Shown here: positions 8,001-16,800 of the stretch, piece by piece | Numbering within the stretch: position 1 is the stretch's first letter | Layout: each line of letters opens with the position of its first letter | Source of the DNA: Opitutia bacterium | GTDB taxonomy: Bacteria; Verrucomicrobiota; Verrucomicrobiia; Opitutales; JABJCN01 | Length of the DNA: 64,000 bases | Direction of reading: 5' to 3' | Assembly (NCBI GenBank): GCA_018668635.1 | Contig: JABJCN010000172.1 | Coordinates: 15,716-79,715 of the forward strand | Notes under the pieces: generated by a model | Database searches by the model: none | What the model was told of the DNA's origin: nothing | Seen by the model: only the letters and a program-made list of their open reading frames with translations | Translations under genes and position numbers: made by a program

Positions 8001-10414
8001 ACGAAATCCATAAACTGATCAACACCGGTCACTCCACCGGTTACCATCGAACCCTCGATGCCCACGAGGTCTTCGGTGTACCCTTCGCCCTCCACATCAC
8101 TCCCACCCTTGCATCCGCCATACAATGGGCCGCAGTCGACCCCGCCGCCAACAAGCCCTGGCTGGACGGTCCCGCCTTCAATGACCGCCTTTCCCTCCTG
8201 GCCCAGGATGGACGGGCAAGCCTACTTGGAACCACATTTTCCGATCACATCATCCAATACTTCTCAGACGACTTCAACCGCGACAACATCGCCCTCTCAA
8301 GGCACTTCCTGGACAGGATTTACCACGCCAATCCATCTACCTCAGTACTCTGGACACCTGAACGCGTAACCAACGGCACCGCTTTCTCAAGAATCCGCTC
8401 CATGGGATTCAGCCACACCTTTATCGACCAGATGCGCCACTTCTGGAAGTGGCAGGGACGTATGGCAGCTCTCTCTAATGACGGTTATCGTCTCAATCGC
8501 TACCACGGGGTCAACTGCTTCCTGATCAATGAACAGGCATCCAACTACCGCTACAGCAATGACAACCATGGTCTCCCCATGGCACTCCGTCGTCTCTATC
8601 ATCGCAAGGCAAGAAGCGCCACCCAGGACCAGGTCATCGTCCTTTACCATCATTGGGACGAATTGCAGGACTGGGACAATGCAGCCGCTTATGACGCCTC
8701 CCTCCGCTGGGTCGCCAACAAGACATGGATACAGTTGGTCACCCCCCAGCAGATCGCAAACGGGGAAATCGATATCGATCGCGATGCCCGGGGAGACAAC
8801 TGGCATGCAATTGACCGCGGGTCCCCCACCCTGCCCACCGTTGCCCATGACTGGCTCCAGCACGCATCCGGTGATGATTTCAGCAACTGGTACAACGGGC
8901 TTCCCGGTGTTGAGGAAGGCTTGCGGGACAAAGTCTTTGAGAGCCGTCCCGGCAAGGCTATCCCACATGCATTCGGTACGCAGGGCGCAGGGGACGGGAA
9001 ACTCGCTGACCTCACATGGAAGGCCGTTGAAACCATCCAGGAGGATGACTCCCCTCTGCAAAGGCTTGCCCGAGGAACCGTGCACGCCGCCATGCAGTTG
9101 ACCGCATTTCACAACCAGGCCAACAACGACCTGACCAAATACAGCACCGGGGACTACGTTTGGCCGGATATCGACAGCCAGGCTCTGTCAGCATTCTCAA
9201 AAAATCTCCAGTCACAGGCACGGTTTGCAGCCATCTACCAACACGTTGCCGATTGGGCGGACGATCCTCCGCAACAAGCCTCATCCCTGGCACTGGATGT
9301 CGATCTCGACGGGGAGGACGAATACCTACTCCGCAACAATCGCATATTTGCCGTATGCGAGGCCCTCGGTGGTCGTCTGGTCGCAGCCTGGGTTCGGGAA
9401 CCCTCAAACGCCGCCGTCCACCAGGTGATCGGCAACTTCCTCAGTTACTCCAATAGCGAGACCGAAGTGGAGGGTGGAGGATGTCGGACATCTGCGTTCA
9501 AGGACTGGTGGGCCGCCGGGCCGGACACCGACTATGTCAATGCGCTGTACACCGCATCCGAGGCCCAGGGTGCCGCATGGACATTCACCTCGCCGGACGG
9601 ACATATCCGCAAAACACTCACCATCAAGGACTCCGCCACGGAAATTCATGCGGAATACACCCTCGGTGCGGTCATTGACCGCCTCTATGTGCGCTTCGGT
9701 CTCTCCCCAAACCTGGAGGACCTCCTGATAAACGGGCAGGCCCACCTTTCCGGCTTAAAGGACGATGGCTCCCGCACGGAACTTCAGAACGCCACCTTCA
9801 GCGAAACCGTCACCACGGCCATCCGCTATAACGGTGAGGGTCTATCCGGGGCAAAGGCCAACCTTGATGCAGGGGAAAAGGTCACCGATATATTTGAACC
9901 CGACACCCTCCCCATGCGAAACCAGGCACAGACGCACCAGATCGAGGTTGAGAGCACCGCCAACACCTTTACCATCGCGCTGGAGATGTTCTCCGGCAAC
10001 AATGACTCTGATGCGGACGGGCTTCCGGATGCATGGGAAAACGAGAATGGTCTGGCCTTTGACGACGACGGGACGACCAACCCCGAAAACGGCCCCAACG
10101 GGGATCCTGACGGTGATGGCGTCAATAATCTAAACGAGTTCCTTTTGGGGCTAAACCCCGGTCAGGGGGATGCACACACCCGACCGGGAATATCCCTCCA
10201 TTCAAATGAAGACGGCACCTTCAAGCTTAGCTATCCGATCATCACCAACCGTCTGTACCGGTTGTACTGGTCCCCCAACCTTGTTGACGGGTGGACGCCC
10301 TATCAGGGTATCCTGGATACAACGGGAACCAGCTCCAGCAAGGACATCCAGCATGACATCGACGCAAACTCAAGCCTGCGGAGCTTCTTCAAGCTGGACA
10401 TAAGCCTTCCGTGA
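2003..10414 (+). CDS. Giant secreted multidomain alpha-glucan-active enzyme (2803 aa): GH13 alpha-amylase domain, acidic DxDxDG repeats, GH57-like domain, C-terminal acidic/beta-rich tail
   Basis: Uninterrupted 8.4-kb ORF with a signal peptide (FLAGCFAFCLNALLQG). All four GH13 conserved regions are present: VYFDNIMNH (2336-2362), GFRLDAVKH (2831-2857), FGEHLG (Glu at 3032-3034) and QSHDN (3212-3223). Thrombospondin-type-3-like acidic repeats span about 6000-7100. The GH57-like region has LLVHSNHAILPGN (about 7960) and LWTPERV (about 8349-8369). Confidence 0.85.
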   Translation: MTYRSKGFRWFLAGCFAFCLNALLQGEPLLQYFNTGWREMARKMPELAEAGYESIWVPPPTKGSGGMSVGYDCWDRFDLGSKDQRGSTSTRYGTEEDLLELVRVAHRFGIRVYFDNIMNHNAFDVPGYNATTPISVYNGFLPEDFHLRVTEEGFYRKWDNTRNWGSEWEVMNLGLSDLIDIATEPGEWNHNFGAHEGAKMKKIKFVRQPENPEYYCYKPNGDHQTHSANQGEYVGFGTGNGITREIIANNPGFYSELVEDFLHRAARWLVDRTYCDGFRLDAVKHAPADFFGATWGNEKDTSDYGYTGQIQRQFNLTHGYLDNNHRDSVFDTERPRDDAMLFGEHLGSPPGYQGYIDAGMRLVDNDLRSQFNSRLGNPSQGLGGFDQPGWGGFPPEISVMHAQSHDNDYASRRELQHAFYFTRAGIPLVYTDGNYHAGILSQSGGAFPRHSNTAFLGQFGDNRLPNLANLHQNFARGYQMGRWSDDDFVAYERIDKRENPNMTDADGVTMLVLINDDYSSGQGRGVDTSFPSQAGTDGDAYLFQYARGPDGSGQVGFYTYASNLHQVVVPPGGYYIFSWRTPEVPSLWSRAGGVPITIYQDGEPAGVIPVKRKDGPDGDSGFNPYGMNDEVTDDYTYTTYLPRITSATNLRFTVRADGSAENILVKLDGGIDLNDRQPDGNTDPVKRDNPPAVSTDSFLGYEQPAFRHRQGPEKFAAEDSARCNLGSAGAETWLTTIGSGNILPEESGGNNATPVNTAAFLWHSPSAQVEDRDAGTRHYIEDDNGITFWTKANNGLDGYNVRVYYTIDGTNPEGGGGEGIGSTKAITLNYSHDAGGGSWFQGSLQPKPIGEIRYKVSIFRTTAGGNALSSVFPSGQGQISEKSGMMTVFEVHGFNATTVEFFPHNDYAKAADQATFLTETGLAEGFHILRARAFLKRDNRASLYNTFAQSFYYDSQRPSGEIVHPSQGDTLGGGNYGVVVRTDRTVHEVWYCIDDGAGPNDDDQTGASNGNGPGNWVRASEVNAASPTDGKHPLEWRFNYANIPSGNKPVQIHARLLEASSADRNSFTATVSSGDDVANWYTTLTRNVNANGPDTRLYIAWPPTTGTLVGEGYTMKAYFSKALAEGLNESQLLEEFLVRIASRTSGSPEGSEVQDRKEYAISWNETDDYHALSFPLPELYNGDPSFLHHLAVEHSRNGINLEAERLVKALPVRKTFLNITTPPAFDSDGKPYEIILPAVANPDLGQRQAPVRIETDLDIGHLELTWERGSGTFELIESRTTGSKINWDYLWSGVPEGKGRLRVDVRATEQGEILATARRLVTVRFLQLHPEVANDDDDDDDGLPDSDEVTLKNLPDSNPDDWTNAQVHVSRTFGRSNPLNPDSDGDLLPDALEVGWRGLAEESLGEPFTDSGYDNPGTDEKETLGAGNLKFDFVDADGDSLHDAGETSEPFQDDDADGVFDHGTIASRDTDGDGTKNFAPDHDPPFFNTVPDNSSIPGYQYSRSRTDVLQGSTTDPNNPDTDGDGLRDGIEDGYNPAWANGLEFDKLVHNGWVDGDGAPLDPSENNPHARGAWPNGRVDDGETWLETDPNNPDTDGDGLSDGHGEDEDLDGHITGDSNRDRSHDPGEEWTETDPLNRDTDGDGLLDGWEVANGLDPLDNGTDNLRTPDPVDGSANEKPGGDPDGDGFTNTQEQSSGTRPLIDDRIVNPVANSIRIGPGSEVARGLAINRNEFTDWTFDDLVALDEFEGDGSNKQDGDIFPAGDGFDSSRDIVAFHARDGGADGNYYFRLDFHDLKPFAEEGYLDIYVVIDTGNTASGEAALPDELDILTSMRWEVVVACYQSNNGRVFVDLDPVKNTNSANEDLSTTGVVARGRESIGGFGDAYFNSELDAVEFSISRQSLLDAGWNGSSKPRFQVFTTRDGTANSGSGAGDLGGRNDIRDSIYDDWLAEDYWSDQAHIAANGKLSSYMDVDDMGRYPDQRKRAKAILLVHSNHAILPGNEIHKLINTGHSTGYHRTLDAHEVFGVPFALHITPTLASAIQWAAVDPAANKPWLDGPAFNDRLSLLAQDGRASLLGTTFSDHIIQYFSDDFNRDNIALSRHFLDRIYHANPSTSVLWTPERVTNGTAFSRIRSMGFSHTFIDQMRHFWKWQGRMAALSNDGYRLNRYHGVNCFLINEQASNYRYSNDNHGLPMALRRLYHRKARSATQDQVIVLYHHWDELQDWDNAAAYDASLRWVANKTWIQLVTPQQIANGEIDIDRDARGDNWHAIDRGSPTLPTVAHDWLQHASGDDFSNWYNGLPGVEEGLRDKVFESRPGKAIPHAFGTQGAGDGKLADLTWKAVETIQEDDSPLQRLARGTVHAAMQLTAFHNQANNDLTKYSTGDYVWPDIDSQALSAFSKNLQSQARFAAIYQHVADWADDPPQQASSLALDVDLDGEDEYLLRNNRIFAVCEALGGRLVAAWVREPSNAAVHQVIGNFLSYSNSETEVEGGGCRTSAFKDWWAAGPDTDYVNALYTASEAQGAAWTFTSPDGHIRKTLTIKDSATEIHAEYTLGAVIDRLYVRFGLSPNLEDLLINGQAHLSGLKDDGSRTELQNATFSETVTTAIRYNGEGLSGAKANLDAGEKVTDIFEPDTLPMRNQAQTHQIEVESTANTFTIALEMFSGNNDSDADGLPDAWENENGLAFDDDGTTNPENGPNGDPDGDGVNNLNEFLLGLNPGQGDAHTRPGISLHSNEDGTFKLSYPIITNRLYRLYWSPNLVDGWTPYQGILDTTGTSSSKDIQHDIDANSSLRSFFKLDISLP
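6542..6582 (+). repeat. Intragenic direct repeat copy 1 (41 nt, ACCGACCCCAACAACCCGGATACCGACGGCGATGGACTCAG)
   Basis: Identical by eye to 6761-6801. Encodes TDPNNPDTDGDGL of an acidic calcium-binding-type repeat. Confidence 0.9.
6761..6801 (+). repeat. Intragenic direct repeat copy 2 (41 nt)
   Basis: Identical to 6542-6582. The 219-nt offset (73 codons) keeps the copies in frame. Confidence 0.9.
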
Positions 10415-10471
10415 GAAATTTCGAATTTCCCCGAACAACTGGAAGCCGAAAGAATTTACAAGCCGCGATCG

Positions 10472-12253
10472 CTACTCTACCTTGACAAACTCGATCGAGG
10501 TAAACTTGCGGATATTTCCAACGGTTGCCTGCAGGGTTCCATTGGCAACAGTGAGAACCTTGCTTTTCTGGACCGAGACCTGTTCGTCCGATCCATTTTG
10601 ACGGCTGATATTCTTTGTCACCACAATAGCCTGGTATTTATCTCCATCAGCAAAGCCTTCCCCCCTGAAGTCTTTTAGAGAAGATGAATTGTTGTAGACA
10701 TTTCCTTTTTGAATGGTCGAGGGAATCGTTACCTTCATGCGAGAAGACCCGTCTGCGCCACCCGAGTACACCAAGACTGTAAATTTTGATTTGGTTCGGT
10801 TGAAGGAGGCGATCTTGTATTTTTCCTTACCAGAGTTTCCAAGACCCGAGATGTTTATATCATTACCAGCTTCGCCGGCTATAGCATGACGTATAACTTC
10901 GTCTGAGCCACCAGCAATCTGGCTGTACCATCTCCAGACGTAGTAATGCAGGTGATTGGGGTCCGACGGATCGATAAAATTCTTAACCGAAAAATCATTC
11001 TCCTCTTTTCTGATCTTTCTGTGAAAATATAAATTCTTGTCCGTGCCTGCAAGAGCCACTTTGGATGTTACAATATCTGGTCCCCCTCCCCGTGCAGGAA
11101 TCACAATATCAGGATTCAGTTTTTTAATCCGCCCGTTGTAGTCATGTCTCTTTGTCAAACCCATGGACCATGAACTTGAATTATCTGACCATGGTAGATT
11201 AATGGTGTTTAGGCCTCGCTCCAGCATCTTGCCTATAATGGTTACTGACTTATCGAAGGCATCACGCTCATCTTTTTTCCCATCCTTGTTTATGTCGTGA
11301 TTGTTGCGTGAATTATCCCACACGACCCAAGACTCAGAGGATAAAATCTTTTTTGAGTGGTAGCCGGCCATGTCGAGTTTTCTTCGGGCCAGATCGTACT
11401 GGGTCCATACATTCGGGATAATTTTGCCATCCATCCTGCCATATCCGTTGGCATGGTCAGAAACATTTAAGTTCAGCGCATCGATAACGGCCATCAATGG
11501 CTTGTTGGCAATAAGACGATTGTAGAAATCATCAACTGCGACAGCTCCTCCTCCTTTTAGTCCCTTTAAGACACCACATGGCTCACAGGGAGAAGTACCC
11601 GAAGTCGAGATGATGACGGGCTTAGCTGGCTTTTCGGCATACACTGCCCTGATCGCTTGTGCACCTCGTAGAAAAATTTCAGACATGACGAAATCGATGT
11701 CGGCATCATTGATCATGGATTGCATGTTGACCTCATGATATGGCTGATAAGCACCCACACGACCCTTAAAATGCCTAGCCAATCGGGTAACAAACTCCGC
11801 ATATTTTCCAGATTTGGGGCGCCAAGGTCCTGCTTTCCCGGATTCTGAAGCCCAAGCCGGACAGTGCCACATAACAAACTCGACCTTTATTCCTCTGGAT
11901 GCGCAAATATTAACTGCCTGGTCAATGGCGTGAAGGTAACCCGACATTGCATTTCGGTAGTTGGTATTGTTCTCGCGAGGTTCAGTTGCTGCCCAGTTAA
12001 TCCAAAACTGTGCGTAACTGCTGTGTTGAGATAAGACAGGACGATTGGCATCGTATAAATTGTTCTCAGGACGACCTGCAAATGGCTGCCAACGAACCCC
12101 AAACTGCATGTGGTCAGTGGTCCAGGTGTAGCTCGAAGTTGATTTGTTGCCTGCAGGATCATTGGCTCCGGCCGGGGACAGCAATATTGAGAAAATACCG
12201 ATTGCCAGAATGTTTCGGGTTAAAAGGTTATAGAAACTTGAAAAATGGATCAT
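10472..12253 (-). CDS. Secreted TIM-barrel (clan GH-A-like) glycoside hydrolase candidate, family unresolved
   Basis: 593-aa ORF with an N-terminal hydrophobic signal (ILAIGIFSILLSPAGA). FWINWAATEPRENN...GIKVEFVMWHCPAWASE resembles the clan GH-A beta-strand pattern. YHEVN is a candidate acid/base motif and SSESWVVWDN a candidate nucleophile. The C-terminal ~120 aa are beta-rich. Family assignment needs a profile search. Confidence 0.55.
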   Translation of the reverse strand: MIHFSSFYNLLTRNILAIGIFSILLSPAGANDPAGNKSTSSYTWTTDHMQFGVRWQPFAGRPENNLYDANRPVLSQHSSYAQFWINWAATEPRENNTNYRNAMSGYLHAIDQAVNICASRGIKVEFVMWHCPAWASESGKAGPWRPKSGKYAEFVTRLARHFKGRVGAYQPYHEVNMQSMINDADIDFVMSEIFLRGAQAIRAVYAEKPAKPVIISTSGTSPCEPCGVLKGLKGGGAVAVDDFYNRLIANKPLMAVIDALNLNVSDHANGYGRMDGKIIPNVWTQYDLARRKLDMAGYHSKKILSSESWVVWDNSRNNHDINKDGKKDERDAFDKSVTIIGKMLERGLNTINLPWSDNSSSWSMGLTKRHDYNGRIKKLNPDIVIPARGGGPDIVTSKVALAGTDKNLYFHRKIRKEENDFSVKNFIDPSDPNHLHYYVWRWYSQIAGGSDEVIRHAIAGEAGNDINISGLGNSGKEKYKIASFNRTKSKFTVLVYSGGADGSSRMKVTIPSTIQKGNVYNNSSSLKDFRGEGFADGDKYQAIVVTKNISRQNGSDEQVSVQKSKVLTVANGTLQATVGNIRKFTSIEFVKVE

Positions 12254-12475
12254 GAGTATCTGCTATTTACTAAAAAACGGTCAGGGGTTCTTTACATTCG
12301 ATACATCTTTGCAATGGCAAACTCGATTTTGTAGAGATTTCAGTAAGTTTTCATTCAATTGACCCGGTTACATGGTCTGAGTGTATCGCTTTACCCGACT
12401 GGATTCACCGGGTGTATTCGCAAAGCAGGAATCCCAATGGGTCTGGATCTGTAGACCCTGATATTGCTGCTGGTA

Positions 12476-13129
12476 TCAGGTGATGCAGAGGATATTATCC
12501 AGCACGTGCTGAGATGACTGCACAGGTGCCTCCTTTTTCATTTCAGAAAACTCAGTAATCAAGGAATCCGGTGTGACAATCTTCACGTTGAACGGTTCAA
12601 AATCCTGCTGATATTTGTCGTAAATCGGTTCAAAGACCGATACGCATACCCATGCCTTCCATCTGGCAGACCCAAGCCCGTCATCATCGGATCGAACCAC
12701 CTGGGTCCTACCCAGCACCCTGTAATGATCAACGATTTTCATCTCGGCGAAGACAGGAAACTCATCGTCCCCTATGGTGACCCGGAAGTCAGGAACTCCA
12801 CCTGGATCAACCCGGCAGGAAAAGGAGGGTTTCAATAAACCATGCAGGCTGGCACGAAAAAGGTCCCGTGCTGCACGAACCTCCTTCCGGTTGCTCTTGA
12901 CTGTATTCAGGCGGTCAGACTCATAGGCATGGTTTATTTCAGCAGAAACCTCTGCACCCAAACGAAGTTGCTCCAGGATTCGGTCCAATGTAGCCCGCTT
13001 GGGCAAGGCCGTGCCGCGAAGAATATGAAAAAGCGATGTCCGGGAGATCCCAACCGCTGAAGCAAGCTTTGTCCTGGATATCCCGGAGCGCTCAACCTCG
13101 TAACGAATGATGGACGACAACTGAATCAT
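12476..13129 (-). CDS. XRE-family helix-turn-helix regulator with uncharacterised C-terminal domain
   Basis: The N-terminus SRTKLASAVGISRTSLFHILRGTALPKRATLDRILEQL is a typical HTH_XRE. The C-terminal ~110 aa carries a PD...(15 aa)...EMK pattern. Confidence 0.75.
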   Translation of the reverse strand: MIQLSSIIRYEVERSGISRTKLASAVGISRTSLFHILRGTALPKRATLDRILEQLRLGAEVSAEINHAYESDRLNTVKSNRKEVRAARDLFRASLHGLLKPSFSCRVDPGGVPDFRVTIGDDEFPVFAEMKIVDHYRVLGRTQVVRSDDDGLGSARWKAWVCVSVFEPIYDKYQQDFEPFNVKIVTPDSLITEFSEMKKEAPVQSSQHVLDNILCIT

Positions 13130-13327
13130 TTTAGGAAATATTTATGTTTTATTTAATTAGGCAATTTATTTTTTACCTAACGTTATAAACATATAAAAGA
13201 CAGTAATGCCTTCAAGAAAATTAATCGGGATAAACGGGGTCAAAAAATGTATTTAATGAAAGAGAGAGGGAAACGGCAATCCAGCCTACGTTTTATCTGC
13301 GAAAAACAAGTATAAAAAAGCCGCATT

Positions 13328-13790
13328 CTAAGGGATACTGCGGGCCAAACGAAAACCGAGTTTAAAATTCTTGGAGCGAGCCGGGAAGGGATTCCTATAG
13401 CTGACCCGTAAATTCCTTGCCCAACTTATCAAGGATCCTCCCCGTGCAACCCGCTTGAAATTAGGGTCAGAGGATGGTTTATCCCGAGATCCACCGATCT
13501 TATTGCGGAAAGTAGTCCAATCCCAGCACCATTCATAAACTTTTCCAACCATGTCATGAAGACCATAATAATTTGGAGGAAAACTTCCCGCCGGCGCAGT
13601 ATGAGGCTGTTCAAAACGACAAAAAAAGGGATCCTCTCACCTACCCCAGGAGGACAGTTTTCTTCCGCGTCCGGATTGAGTAGGATAGCCAAGCCCACCG
13701 ACTTCGCACCTGTGTGCCTGCCCGACGGATCAACCGGGGCCAACGGCTTTATGTCGCAGACCCGGGTAATATTCGGGCACCCGCAATAGC
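13328..13790 (-). pseudogene. Degraded remnant of an FGE/SUMF1 (formylglycine-generating enzyme, sulfatase-modifying) domain gene
   Basis: The 74-aa ORF reads MVGKVYEWCWDW...RVARGGSLISWARNLRVSYRNPFPARSKNFKLGFRLARS, the FGE domain C-terminus. Translating upstream in frame gives APAGSFPPNYYGLHD, then a stop at 13637-13639. An RLPTEAEWE-like stretch (AILLNPDAEEN) lies in a different frame (ORF 13429..13743). The N-terminal half of the domain is missing. Confidence 0.55.
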
Positions 13791-13814
13791 TGTGTTTTTT
13801 GGGTTGAACAGCGA

Positions 13815-16800
13815 TTGTCCCAAGTTCACGGTGGCTATGACATCTTGTTCGTCATGAAAGTTTCCATTCCCATGAAAATCTTAAAGCTTCTTGTTTTTTT
13901 AATTGGCCTGTGTCCCCTCCTGCAGGGCCAGTCTGCAAACCCCCTTCCCGATCGCGTTTACATCCCCTACAAGGACCTTGAAAACGTCCTGGGGAAAAAG
14001 AATCAGGGAGTCTTTCTTCCCTACGAGGATTTTCAAAACCTCTGGAAAGCGGCCCGGGGTAAACCGGCAAAAGTAAAGGATGCCGACCTGTCCCACCTGG
14101 TCAGTGCGGCCCGCTTCAAAGGAACGGTCAAGGAAAAGCTGGCCCACATCCAGCTAAAGCTTACCGTCGACATTCTAAAGGAGGGCTGGGTCACCGTGCC
14201 CATCGGGCTTGGCAAGGTTGGGGTTTCCTCGGTCGAACTGGCTCCAAATGCTGGTGATGAAGTCGAAAAGCCGCTCATCCGATTCCAGAAAAACAACTAT
14301 GAAATCCTCGCCAAAGGCCCGGGAAGGCAAATTCTCACGATTGATTTTGTGCGACAACTCGTGACCCAACCGGGACGCAACCTGCTGCAGTTCACCATAC
14401 CCACGGCGGCAATAAACACCCTTGACCTGACCATCCCCGAGGAGAATCTCAAGGTTGATGTCCAGCCCATGCTTGCCGCCTCGACGACACAGGCCGAACA
14501 ACAAGGAAAGGGCAAGGCCACGAGGTTGCAGGCATTCCTGGGACAATCAGGCAGCGTTAAATTGAGCTGGGCGCCGAAAAGTCAGGCCGCCAACGATCTG
14601 GACCCTGTCCTTGTTTCCACGCAGAACCAGCATCTCCAGATAGGCGAGGCACTCCTCCAGCACGAGGTTGACTTCCAGTATGAAATTCGCAGGCGCGGCA
14701 TGAAGAATTTCCGTATCCTCGTCCCATCGGATTATCGGGTCGTGGCTGTGGAAGGGGCAAATCTCGAGCAATGGAATCTCCGGGACCCTACCGGGAACAA
14801 GGAGGAAACCCGGCACAACCACCTGGATGTCAGCCTGTTCTCTGAGATTGAAAACAGCTACCGACTGAAAGTACGAATGGAAAAATTCCTCAAGGAAGCC
14901 AAGGCCGACTTTCCGCTGGTCCCGATATACACAGAGGGTGCCCTTCGTCTCTCCGGATTGCTTGGGGTCTCCCATGCTCCACGTCGCTCGGTGGAGCTTG
15001 CAGAACTGAATGAGGAGCTTGTCCGTGTTGAGACAACCCGACTACCGGAAAAATGGCGCAAGATTTCAGGAATTTCCGCCTACCGGTTTACTTCAGGCAA
15101 CTACTCTGCAGAAGTCCGTACCGGTGTGGTGGAACCCCGGATCAACCTCCGTCAGCTTTGGACTCTTCGGGTGGGCAAGGAATCCCTCAATCTTGACGGG
15201 CAGTTAAATTACCAGATAGAGCGCGCAGGAGTCTTCTCCCTGGCCATGTCCCTGCCTGAAGGCTGGGAGGTGGAGGATATCGGGCCAAAGAATACAATCG
15301 AAAGTTTCGAGGTCCAGGGAGATGCCGGTGACCGCACCCTGACAGCAACCCTGCGAAAGGAAACCAGCGGCCTGCTTCAACTCCAGGTTCAATTGCGCAA
15401 ACCCCTGACAGCCACTGATGCCCCTGTGACACTCAATCTACCACTTCCAAAAAAGGAAAACCTAAACCGTTACAGCGGACAGTTGATTCTGTATGTGTCC
15501 GAAGCCCTCAGGGCCGAGACAGGCAACCTCCAACAGTTGAAGTCCATGCCGTTAAGGGATGCGGTCCGAACCTACGGGAAACGTCAACCCAATCCCGGCA
15601 GCGGCTTTAACGCCGTCATGTCATACAATTATAGTACCGTTGACCTGGATGCCCCCCTTGGAGCCACATTCAAGCTTGCGGTCAAGCCGGCACAGGTTTC
15701 CGCCGAGTTTTTTCGCAATGTTGAAATCCGCCCCGGAAACGTCAGTCACGAAGCCATTATCCGCTATCAGGTTCGCTATGCTCCCGCGGACACATTTTAC
15801 CTGAAGTATCCCGCCAGCCTGGCCGATGCCGGACTGCAGATAACCGGACCCGACCTAAAGGAAAAACCCCGCATTGAATCCCTGCCCGAAGACCAGTCTG
15901 AACCGGACCAGGGAACAGAAGCTGAACAGGAATGGATCTATCATAAGATCGTTCTTCAGTCCCCGCGAACAGGCCTTTATGACCTGCGTGTAAACTGGCG
16001 AAAGCCTTTTCAGGCCCTGGCCGAAGGAGGAGACGCGGTGAACGTATTCCCCATCCTTGCAGCCGGCAGGCTGGCCGGGCAGAGCGGTTCCATTTCCGTG
16101 GCCAAGGCACCCAACCTTGCCATCGGCACGCCGGAGATGGAAAACCTGCAACCTGCAGACCCCTCCAGTCCCCGGGATATCCCCTATGCCAGTCACCGCA
16201 AAAATGCAGTGCTCGCCTTTCGTAGCGACAAGCCACCCTTCAAGCTGGCCCTCCCCGTAGTCCTCCAGAAAGATGCGGAGGTCTACACAGCCATTATCAA
16301 TGCCGCCATCCATGAACAGGCCCTGGCGCGCGACGGAGCCCTCAATGGGCGATCCCTGTTCCTCCTCTCCTCCAATCGTGGTGACCGTCTAAAGGTCACC
16401 TTTCCGGAGAACACCCGCATCTATGCATTCATGCTCAACGGTAAGGAGATCCAGGTTGAGGCCGCTGAAGATAACGATTCACGGATTGTACGACTGCCAC
16501 CTTCCGCCGGCCAAGTCAGCAAGATCGTTCTTGAGACCACCTATGGACTGGATAAGGCAACATCGAAAAATCTCCCCGCCCCTCGCCTACCCGAAGGCGT
16601 CCCCGTACAAAGAACGTGGTGGCGACTGTGGGCACCCGAGGATCATCAGCTTCTCAGTTATGATCGCAATTTTGAACGTCCTCAATACGACAGCGGTCTC
16701 CAGGCCATCTTCAACGAAACCGGTTCCGGACATACCAACACCGCCTCCGGTTTTGACCCCAGGGGCAAACTTCACCAGTTTGAAAAGCAGGGCGATGCAG

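Noticed and set aside
2072-9745. Many long ORFs antisense or out of frame within the giant glycosidase gene (for example 2072..3037 at 321 aa, 4571..5098, 6601..7353 at 250 aa, 8387..9112 at 241 aa, 8529..9101)
   Set aside because: All lie inside a continuous 8.4-kb ORF with clear GH13 motifs. Their translations are low-complexity (S/P/R/G-rich) with no motifs, which is typical of shadow ORFs in GC-rich coding DNA.
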